This document shows positions 56,607-64,000 of a DNA stretch of 64,000 nucleotides, in pieces. The notes under the pieces were generated by a model. The model made no database searches. It was not told the DNA's origin and worked only from the letters and a program-made list of their open reading frames with translations. The stretch comes from Verrucomicrobiota bacterium (GTDB taxonomy: Bacteria; Verrucomicrobiota; Verrucomicrobiia; Opitutales; Coraliomargaritaceae): contig JBCBZJ010000001.1 in assembly GCA_039815375.1 (NCBI GenBank), forward strand, positions 64,001-128,000, in the 5' to 3' direction. Within the stretch, counting starts at the first letter, position 1. Each line of letters opens with the position of its first letter. Position numbers and translations under genes: made by a program.

Positions 56607-58052
56607 CTAATTAAAACGGCTTTTAGGTGAGTTTACGATAGTCTTCATTTCGCGACGGAGCTGGTCTACCTTCTCGGGGTTTTGCAGGAAGAGGTTGTTC
56701 GATTCCGCAAGGTCTTCTTTGAGGTTGTAGAGCTGTCCGTCTGGTTCGTTCCCAGCATCTTTGTCTCCTCGAAGACGCTCGGAGAATCCGCCTGAGCCTT
56801 GACCGTCGATGAATTTCCAGTCACCTGTGCGGATCATCATCAAGCCGCGGCTACCGGATGACATGACTGCGGACTGACGCACCGGAGTCGTCTTTGATCG
56901 ATCTCCAGTTATTTCATGGATGAAGCTGAAGCTGTCCGGGCCAGCTTGTTCGGGGAGTGCTGCATGGGTTAGATCTGCAAACGTGGCGAGGAAGTCTGTA
57001 AAAGTGACGAGCTGGTCGCTCGTCGATCCACCGGCGATTACAGCGGGCCAGCGCAGGATCAATGGCATACGGTGTCCGCCCTCCCAGGCATCAGACTTCA
57101 TACCTCTGAGCCCGCCGACTGAATCGTGACCATATCGCTCGATGTCAGATGGATACCAGACTGGTCCATTGTCGGAGGTTAGAATGAAGAGGGTGTCTTC
57201 TTCCATTCCCGCACTCTCGATGGTATCCAAGACGCGGCCGATCTCGGCATCCACCATCATCATGAAGTCGCCGTAGAGGGGCACCTTGCTCTTTCCGGCG
57301 TATTCCTCGGAAGGCAACCAGGGAGTATGCGGAGCAGGGTAAGCGAGATATAGCATAAGCGGGTTTTCGCAGCATGTCGTCCCGGATTTGTAGGATTCAA
57401 TTACCTGGATCGCCTCGTCGGTGAAGCGGGGGAGCACATCCTCAAGCTTCAGGTCGGGCGCGATCCCACCAGCTCGGATGAATTCGCCCTGAATCCTGGT
57501 CCATCCGTCGGTCCCGCGTGCTTCAATCCGATCTGTCGGGGGAGCGACCGCCTCACGGCCGCGAATATAAAAGTAGGGCGGGATGTCGGTTGAAGCGCGA
57601 ATTCCAAAGAAGCTGTCGAAGCCTCGATCGACCGGTCCACCGTGCAATGGAGTCGTGTAGTCCTCACCCTCATGAAAACCGAGATGCCATTTGCCGACCA
57701 TCGAAGTGCTGTAGCCCCTGCTTTTCAAAAGCGAGGCAATCGTCACCTGGTCCTCATCAATAAGTGGTGTGTTGCGCCAGACGGAGACATCCGTTCGAAA
57801 GGGATAGCGCCCTGTCAACAGGCCGTAGCGCGACATGTGGCAAAGTGGACCCGGGGCATGCGCATCGGTAAAGATCTTCCCTTCTGCGGCGAGCTCGTCC
57901 ATGCGTGGCGTCTTGATCTTCGAATCCGGATTGAATGCACCGATATCGCCATAACCCATGTCATCGAGTAGGACGAAGACGATGTGCGGCGATTTGGAAA
58001 ATGCAGCAGCAGTGATGCATACTAGAGAAGACAGGTAGATCCAGAAGCGCAT
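56607..58052 (-). CDS. Formylglycine-dependent (S1) sulfatase, exported
   Basis: DDMGYGD, C-H-M-S-R-YGLLTG, GKWHLG, APHTP, SDNG, K...WEGGHR.P, LYNL..D..E. Confidence 0.93.
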   Translation of the reverse strand: MRFWIYLSSLVCITAAAFSKSPHIVFVLLDDMGYGDIGAFNPDSKIKTPRMDELAAEGKIFTDAHAPGPLCHMSRYGLLTGRYPFRTDVSVWRNTPLIDEDQVTIASLLKSRGYSTSMVGKWHLGFHEGEDYTTPLHGGPVDRGFDSFFGIRASTDIPPYFYIRGREAVAPPTDRIEARGTDGWTRIQGEFIRAGGIAPDLKLEDVLPRFTDEAIQVIESYKSGTTCCENPLMLYLAYPAPHTPWLPSEEYAGKSKVPLYGDFMMMVDAEIGRVLDTIESAGMEEDTLFILTSDNGPVWYPSDIERYGHDSVGGLRGMKSDAWEGGHRMPLILRWPAVIAGGSTSDQLVTFTDFLATFADLTHAALPEQAGPDSFSFIHEITGDRSKTTPVRQSAVMSSGSRGLMMIRTGDWKFIDGQGSGGFSERLRGDKDAGNEPDGQLYNLKEDLAESNNLFLQNPEKVDQLRREMKTIVNSPKSRFN

Positions 58053-58338
58053 GTTTCGAGGAAGATGTGAGGCTCGCGGAGGCAAGTGAAGATGCAAAAA
58101 AATAACGTAGTTTTGTATTTAGGATAAGCGGTTGGCTAGACTGCTTGCAAGAAAGCCTTCGTGGTTCAAAACAACGGTGAACTCAGCAGGCCTTTCTCTG
58201 GTCAATGCGTTGTTGCTGCGATCGGTTGAGGGTGCCGGGCAAGTCCGCTAAAAGTAACGATTTCGGCTTAGTCATGTTCTGGTAATTTGATGGTGTTGAT
58301 ATCCAGAACAAAGATCTTGATGGAAGGAACGCAAAAGC

Positions 58339-59634
58339 TTACTCGCCGAGGAGTTCCCGGGGCATATCCGAATCCTTGAGTCTCTCGATTTTTGCACCCA
58401 GGCCAGCCAGTTTTTGTTCAAAGCGCTCGTAACCCCGGTCGAGGTGATAGATGCGCTGGATCCATGTCTCGCCGGTGGCGGCGAAAGCGGCCAGAATGAG
58501 GGCAGCAGAGGCCCGCAGGTCGGAGGCCATGACCGGTGCGCCAGATAGTTTGGACGCGCCTTTGATGATGGCACTGGGGCCTTCGATCGCGATATCGGCA
58601 CCCATACGCTGGAGCTCGGGCACGTGCATGAAGCGGTTCGGGTAGATCCGCTCAGTGATGATGGAGAGCCCCTCAACCTGGGTCATGAGGGCACAGAGTT
58701 GAGCCTGCAGGTCGGTCGGAAACCCGGGATAGGGCAGAGTGATGAGGTCCACGGGTTTGAGCGAGCCAAGGTAAGGGAGCACGCGGATATTGTGGCCCTC
58801 GATCTCGAGCGGCACGCCGGCCTCTTCGAGTTTATCGAGGAAGGCACCGAGTAGGTTCGGCGGGACGCCCTTTACGGTGACGTCGCCCCGGGTGATGGCC
58901 GCAGCGACGATGAATGTGCCGGCCTCAATGCGGTCGGCAATGACGCTATGTTCGCAGCCATGGAGCTTTTCGACCCCTTCGACGATTAGTTCCGGGCTGC
59001 CGATGCCTTCGATCTTCGCGCCCATTTTAACGAGCAGGTTACAGAGGTCGACGACTTCCGGTTCACAGGCAGCACATTCGATCCGTGTAGTGCCGGGCCC
59101 AAGCACTGCAGCCATCAGGATATTGGCTGTGCCGGTCACGGTGCTTCCGCTGCGTCCTCCGAGGAAGACCGGACCGCCTTCCATTGCAGAGGCGTCGACG
59201 TGAACGTAGCCATTCGCGATCTCGACCTTACAGTTGAGCTTGGCAAGACCCTTCAAGTGGAGGTCGATCGGGCGCGGACCGATGACGCAGCCACCCGGTA
59301 TGGAAACTTCAGCCTTGCGCAGGCGGGCGGTCAAAGGGCCGAGCAGACAGACCGAGGCGCGCATCTTGCGCACCAGCTCGTAGGGCGCGATATGAGTGAG
59401 CGAGGCGGCCTTGAGTTGCCAGACGCCGGGTTGCGGGTTGCTGACCTCGGAGCCGACATGACGCAGGATTTCGACCATGAAGCGGATATCGCTGAGGTCG
59501 GGCACATTTCGCAATGTGACTGCCTCGTCAGTCAAGAGTGTAGCCGCAAGGAGAGGAAGGGCGGCGTTTTTTGCCCCACCGACTTCGATTTCGCCTTTGA
59601 GTGGTCCGTTCCCGCTGACTTTAAAGACGTCCAT
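58339..59634 (-). CDS. murA: UDP-N-acetylglucosamine 1-carboxyvinyltransferase
   Basis: GAKNAALP, MRAS, PGGC.IG.RPIDLH, PGFPTDLQ, SDLRA, HLDRGY. Confidence 0.98.
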   Translation of the reverse strand: MDVFKVSGNGPLKGEIEVGGAKNAALPLLAATLLTDEAVTLRNVPDLSDIRFMVEILRHVGSEVSNPQPGVWQLKAASLTHIAPYELVRKMRASVCLLGPLTARLRKAEVSIPGGCVIGPRPIDLHLKGLAKLNCKVEIANGYVHVDASAMEGGPVFLGGRSGSTVTGTANILMAAVLGPGTTRIECAACEPEVVDLCNLLVKMGAKIEGIGSPELIVEGVEKLHGCEHSVIADRIEAGTFIVAAAITRGDVTVKGVPPNLLGAFLDKLEEAGVPLEIEGHNIRVLPYLGSLKPVDLITLPYPGFPTDLQAQLCALMTQVEGLSIITERIYPNRFMHVPELQRMGADIAIEGPSAIIKGASKLSGAPVMASDLRASAALILAAFAATGETWIQRIYHLDRGYERFEQKLAGLGAKIERLKDSDMPRELLGE

Positions 59635-59643
59635 TAGACGGCT

Positions 59644-60354
59644 TTAGGAAACGGTTTCGTTGTTGCGGCGATCACCCTGACGTGGCCCACCTTTGCCACT
59701 TCGACGGCGACCTTTGCCACCGCGACGGTTCTGGCCGTTGCCTCCGCCCTGGCTGCGGTTACCTCCCTTGCCTTGAGGGCGGCCACCTTGCCCCTTGCCG
59801 CCGCGCGGATTGCCTTTGCCACCCTTTTTCTTGACGGGTTCTTTAGGGCCAAGGCCGAAAATCCCGAGGATGGATGCGATGATGCCGCCGGACTGCTTTT
59901 TCTTCTTAGCCGGAGCTTTCTTCTTTTGAGCAGCTGGTTTCTTTTCAGCCTTTGCCGGGCGGGTTTTCTCGCGCTCTGCACGCTTGGCATCACGTTCCGC
60001 CTTGCGCTCGGTGAGGCGTGCTTCGACTTTTTTGATAGCGGCCAGCGTAGCCTCGCTGGGTTGAGCATTGCCCGTGCTGGCTGGTTTTTCAGCTTTTGGG
60101 GCTTTAGGTTTTGAGAAATTCTCCTTTGGAGCAGGCTTTTCCTTTTTTCGCTCCGGCTTCGCACCGCCACTGAGCTTTTCGCTCTTTAGCGCATCAGCCG
60201 GGTTTACTTCTCCAATACTGGTGTTGGGAGCGGTGTAATCCGTCTTAAATCCCCCGCTGCGGCGACGTGTGCGCGGCTTATTGGCTGCTTCGGTGCTGGG
60301 CGTGTAGTCGATCTTTTGGTTGATTTTGGCGTCCGATTCTTCGAATTCTGGCAT
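59644..60354 (-). CDS. Highly basic, disordered hypothetical protein with amphipathic helix and RG-rich tail
   Basis: Lys/Arg-rich; GGIIASILGIFGLG; GGRPQG..RRGGKGRRR; 9 nt upstream of murA. Confidence 0.75.
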   Translation of the reverse strand: MPEFEESDAKINQKIDYTPSTEAANKPRTRRRSGGFKTDYTAPNTSIGEVNPADALKSEKLSGGAKPERKKEKPAPKENFSKPKAPKAEKPASTGNAQPSEATLAAIKKVEARLTERKAERDAKRAEREKTRPAKAEKKPAAQKKKAPAKKKKQSGGIIASILGIFGLGPKEPVKKKGGKGNPRGGKGQGGRPQGKGGNRSQGGGNGQNRRGGKGRRRSGKGGPRQGDRRNNETVS

Positions 60355-60539
60355 GGTCTTTTTGCGTTGGTATGAGTCGCACTAAACGGAGAGGTCCCGC
60401 GTGCGAGTAGTTGTTTTTACGTTCCCGATGCTGAATGAAGGTTTCGCGGGGCGTTGGCCTAAAGGGCACCAATGCGGATCAATCCAGCAAACGGGTAGGT
60501 TTATCGCTAGAGAAGTAAATTTTGTGCGGCAAGGGTGAA

Positions 60540-60564
60540 GTTTGTTTCTGATTCAGAAACAAAC
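60540..60564. promoter_or_regulatory. Perfect 25-bp palindrome between divergent genes
   Basis: gtttgtttctga-t-tcagaaacaaac. Confidence 0.6.
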
Positions 60565-60676
60565 AGTTAGGCGTGCGGAGTGAATAATCATAATTTCCCG
60601 CTTTCACGTTCAACTTTCCGACTTCGGCTCCGCTTCAAGCTTGCTTGCAGAGGAGCCGGGGCCTAGGCAGTTCGGG

Positions 60677-61048
60677 ATGGATAAATTCGATGAGATTTTT
60701 GCGCAGCAGGACGCCCTGAACAAACGTATCGGGGTTAATACCGATAACATGTCGGAGGAGGAAAAAGCCAAGTGGGTCCTGAATTATACAAGGGCAATGC
60801 AGCAGGAAATCGCCGAGCTGATCGATTCTGTGCCATGGAAATGGTGGGCAAAGTATCAGGAATTCGATGAGCAGAATGCCAAGGTCGAGGTGGTCGATCT
60901 CTTTCACTTTCTTATTTCCATTGCGCAGGTGCTCGGGATGACTCCGGAGGACGTTTACAATGCTTACGTGAAAAAGAACAAAGTGAACCATGATCGTCAG
61001 GACAGCGGTTATACTGAAAAAGACGAAGACGACTCGCGCCATATTTAA
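60677..61048 (+). CDS. All-alpha (dimeric, dUTPase_2/MazG-like) dUTPase
   Basis: QE.AEL....PWKWW, EVVDLFHF, Y..KN.VN..RQ..GY; ATG at 60677. Confidence 0.88.
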   Translation: MDKFDEIFAQQDALNKRIGVNTDNMSEEEKAKWVLNYTRAMQQEIAELIDSVPWKWWAKYQEFDEQNAKVEVVDLFHFLISIAQVLGMTPEDVYNAYVKKNKVNHDRQDSGYTEKDEDDSRHI

Positions 61049-61144
61049 GCATAAGCGATCCAAGAAGTTGGAAGTGAGAAGCCAGGATTGAGGCTTATTC
61101 TGACACGCTTAACTTAACAATTCTCATATCCCACCTCTTTTGTC

Positions 61145-61744
61145 ATGTCTGAGAACCCCATTATGATTCTGCTTTATGTGGGCATAGCGGTCTACGTAGG
61201 CAAAATGTACTGGGCCGACTATCAGGCCCGGAAGGAGCCGGACTTTGATGGTGAGTCTATGCCTGGGGCGTTTGGGACGTCCGTATACGCAGTTTTGATC
61301 GCGGTATTGGGCGCACTGTTGATTCTAGGGATCGAAACTGGTGGTGAGATCGCGCTCGGGATTGCCGCCGAGCAAAGCCAAATGGTCTGGTATTTCGTCT
61401 TTCCGATTATCGCAGCCGGCATCATCGAGGAGGTGATTTTTCGTGGTTACCTTGTGGTCGACAAGAAGGGGAAGGCAGCTCTGATTGCGAGCTGCATCGG
61501 CTTCTCACTGATCTTTGCGATTATCCACGCCCACCTCTGGAGTTTGGAAGACGGTTTTGAATGGACCTTCACGAGCAAAGCTTTCTTTTCCACCGGGATT
61601 CTTTTTGCGAACTCGCTTTGGTTCTATGCCTGCCGTTTTGGGCCGTGGAATAAGACGCGCTCGATCTTCCCCTGCATGATTGCACACGCTGCAAGCAATC
61701 TAGGCGTCTTCTTCGTTAAACTGGCTCAGGGCTTCGTTGTCTAA
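61145..61744 (+). CDS. CPBP (Abi/CAAX) family intramembrane metalloprotease
   Basis: EEVIFRG, FAIIH, AHAASN motifs. Confidence 0.88.
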   Translation: MSENPIMILLYVGIAVYVGKMYWADYQARKEPDFDGESMPGAFGTSVYAVLIAVLGALLILGIETGGEIALGIAAEQSQMVWYFVFPIIAAGIIEEVIFRGYLVVDKKGKAALIASCIGFSLIFAIIHAHLWSLEDGFEWTFTSKAFFSTGILFANSLWFYACRFGPWNKTRSIFPCMIAHAASNLGVFFVKLAQGFVV

Positions 61745-62584
61745 ATGATGAACGGGGAGGTTGGAGAACGACTAAATGCGATCGATGCAATGTTGCCCGA
61801 GCTTGAGTCGGAATTACTCGAGATCCAACAGGGTGATTTGAGTGTCGTTACCAAGTCCAATAGTTTCGATCTGGTAACGAAAGCGGATACGCTTTGTGAA
61901 GGTCGGTTGGTTGATTTTATCCGCGAACGATTCAGTGACGACGTCATTCTGGCAGAAGAGGGTAGTTCGGCAGCGAGCGCGGAAGAGGCCGAGGATCACT
62001 TTCTATGGATACTTGATCCAATCGACGGGACGACGAACTTCGCAAACGGGCTCCCGGTTTGGGGTATTTCCATTGGCCTGATGCAGCATTCGGAAATGGT
62101 GGGTGGTCTTGTCTCGGCGCCGGGGCTTTCTTTGCGCTATCGAGCGGTCAAAGGGCAGGGTGCAACCTGCAATGGCCAAACCATCCATGTAAATGAGAAG
62201 TCTGGCATGGCTGATGGCATTATCGCGACGGGCTTTCCCTATGACCGTGCCAAGTGCGCGGAGCCGATCTGCCGGGCGATGGAGAATATGCTTCGCAAGG
62301 CAGGTGGTATTCGCCGCTGGGGTGCCGCATCGCTGGACTTTTGCTTTCTCGCCGATGGCCGCTACACCGGATATTATGAGATGGGCTTGAAGCCCTGGGA
62401 CTATGCCGCCGGAAGTCTGATTGCGAAGGAGGCCGGAGCACGCGTGACGGATTTTCAGGGCGAGCCGCTGAACATTTTCACGAGTGCCGGAACGGTTACG
62501 ACCAACGGGCTGATTCATGAGGAGCTTCTACTGGCAGCAGAACCGATGATGGAGGCGATCCGCTTGTCATCATTTGAATCCTAG
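61745..62584 (+). CDS. suhB: Inositol monophosphatase family (SuhB-like)
   Basis: DLVT.AD, AEE, WILDPIDGTTNF, TGFPY, G.ASLD, WDYAAG. Confidence 0.85.
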   Translation: MMNGEVGERLNAIDAMLPELESELLEIQQGDLSVVTKSNSFDLVTKADTLCEGRLVDFIRERFSDDVILAEEGSSAASAEEAEDHFLWILDPIDGTTNFANGLPVWGISIGLMQHSEMVGGLVSAPGLSLRYRAVKGQGATCNGQTIHVNEKSGMADGIIATGFPYDRAKCAEPICRAMENMLRKAGGIRRWGAASLDFCFLADGRYTGYYEMGLKPWDYAAGSLIAKEAGARVTDFQGEPLNIFTSAGTVTTNGLIHEELLLAAEPMMEAIRLSSFES

Positions 62585-62608
62585 TGTTTGACAACTTGTA
62601 AAACACTA
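62582..62608. promoter_or_regulatory. 27-bp near-perfect palindrome containing TTGACA
   Basis: tagtgtttgacaa-c-ttgtaaaacacta (12/13 arm match). Confidence 0.5.
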
Positions 62609-62717
62609 CAGCTCCTTTTCAGCTATAAAGACGATCCCAGTTCGAGAGGTGAAGCTCCGGCAAGTTTTGAAGCGGATCGTGTAAGGAATCCGAGTAAACT
62701 CCAATTTAATCGTAACA

Positions 62718-63713
62718 ATGGATCCGTTGTCACAAGCAGGAATCGGAGCAGCGGCAGCCAGCCTGGCAGCTCGTAAAGGAGGTCTTCGCCGTGCGCTCGT
62801 AGTGGGCATCGTGGCAGGAGCAGCTCCGGACCTCGACGTCTTGATTCGTTCGGATGAAGACCCGCTTCTTGGCCTACAGTATCATCGCCATTTCACCCAC
62901 GCGATCGCCTTCGCTCCGGTGATCGGCCTTGTCGTCGCTGGTCTCTTTCGGGGGATTTTCAAATGGCCGCTTCGCGAAGTTCTCCTGCCTGCTGTTCTGG
63001 CAGCCCTCTCTCATGGCTTGTTGGATGCCTGCACGAGTTACGGAACGCTCTTATATTTGCCCTTCAGTAACTATCGCGAGTCCTGGGACGTGATCTCAAT
63101 CATCGACCCGCTCTTCACCCTCCCACTCGTGGTTGCATTGCTGTTTTCCTTTATACTCAAACGCGTGCGCTTTGCCCAGCTTGGATTGGTCTGGTGCCTG
63201 GCGTATTTGTTTTTTGGATACTCGCAGCGCGAGCGCGCCGAGGCTTTTGCGCTAGAGCTTGCTGAATCGCGTGGCTTGGTCGCTGAGACGGTGACAGCTC
63301 GGCCCTCTATCGCGAATTTGATGCTCTGGCGCATTGTGGTAAAAAGTCGCGGTCGTTATTTCGTTGATGCGGTGAATCTCGTGCCGTCTCGTCGGCCAAC
63401 GCTTTACTCAGGGACGACCGTTCCGGTTTTGGATCTTTCCTCTTTTGAGTCAGAGCAGACGGTCTTGGCCAAAGATGTGGCTCGCTTTGATCATTTTTCA
63501 CAAAGCTACCTCTACGAGGTTCCGGGAAAGTTGAATGTTCTGGGCGATCTGCGCTATTCAGCTTTTCCGGATTCGATCGAGCCACTTTGGGGAATCGAAT
63601 ATGACCCGAACCAAACAGGGCAGCATGTATCCATGGTTTACTTCCGTGATCTCTCGGAAGGTTCTTTTCAAAGGCTTTGGAGGATGATCCAGGGTAAGCC
63701 AGTAGATGAATGA
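62718..63713 (+). CDS. Membrane-bound metal-dependent hydrolase (YdjM-like)
   Basis: MDPLSQ, PDLD, HRHFTH, SHGLLD.CTSYG, IIDP.FT. Confidence 0.88.
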   Translation: MDPLSQAGIGAAAASLAARKGGLRRALVVGIVAGAAPDLDVLIRSDEDPLLGLQYHRHFTHAIAFAPVIGLVVAGLFRGIFKWPLREVLLPAVLAALSHGLLDACTSYGTLLYLPFSNYRESWDVISIIDPLFTLPLVVALLFSFILKRVRFAQLGLVWCLAYLFFGYSQRERAEAFALELAESRGLVAETVTARPSIANLMLWRIVVKSRGRYFVDAVNLVPSRRPTLYSGTTVPVLDLSSFESEQTVLAKDVARFDHFSQSYLYEVPGKLNVLGDLRYSAFPDSIEPLWGIEYDPNQTGQHVSMVYFRDLSEGSFQRLWRMIQGKPVDE

Positions 63714-63730
63714 TTCAGGTAAACAGTTGG

Positions 63731-64000
63731 TCAACGCGCCACTAATGGGCCATCGGCACCGATAGCATTGAGCCTTTCCAGGCGTTCGGTTTCTTCGGAC
63801 CAGTCCTGAGGCAGCCGCTTAATAATTGAAGTATCGTAACCGGCATCTTCCAGTTTCACCAGGAGCGCGTTGTAGGTTTCGTCCTCGATCTCGCTGGAGC
63901 GGTCCATGATCCAGGCATACTTCCGGTTGGGGTGCCCAATGATAGTGCTTTGGTAATCCTCGGAAACGTATATGATGACATAGTCGGCCTTGAACGGCCA
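63731..64000 (-). CDS. Lipocalin (Blc-like), 3' part only; not in the ORF track
   Basis: Manual translation WPFKADYVIIYVSEDYQSTIIGHPNRKYAWIMDRS...LPQDW...LVAR*. Confidence 0.85.
   Translation of the reverse strand, partial: WPFKADYVIIYVSEDYQSTIIGHPNRKYAWIMDRSSEIEDETYNALLVKLEDAGYDTSIIKRLPQDWSEETERLERLNAIGADGPLVAR

Noticed and set aside
60677..61744. dUTPase plus CPBP/Abi gene as a defence module
   Set aside because: Both are common housekeeping-type families; the 'Abi' name of CPBP proteases does not imply abortive infection, and the context is ordinary.

Overview
A gene-dense bacterial chromosome segment with about 60 CDS. I recognised no rRNA, tRNA, CRISPR array, prophage or transposase. 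Gene content and protein styles suggest Verrucomicrobiota (Opitutales/Coraliomargarita-like); this is inference, not a database result. Most genes are housekeeping: TPR-exbB-exbD-tonB-like cluster, rpmJ/rpmE2, comEC, rarA, lpdA, rpmF-plsX-fabH-bamD-lptE, uppP, trpD-glmM, glyQS, a two-component pair, a Y-family polymerase, mutS, ruvB, a sulfatase, murA and dUTPase. The most unusual region is 50.7-55.5 kb. There, two unrelated palindromic repeat families alternate strictly, three copies each: GTAG-capped REP doublets and 'GCAGAT' tandem/inverted elements. They bracket a mosaic 941-aa KAP-family P-loop NTPase (candidate defence gene) and a decayed duplicate of the neighbouring gene's 5' end. Other points of interest: a degenerate SDR fused to Arg-rich and histone-H1-like tails; a stand-alone basic protein resembling an RNase E scaffold; a miniaturised PilC/GspF-like protein; a sulfatase with a CHMSR motif; a duplicated-module GYAW-repeat surface protein; and several near-perfect operator-like palindromes.
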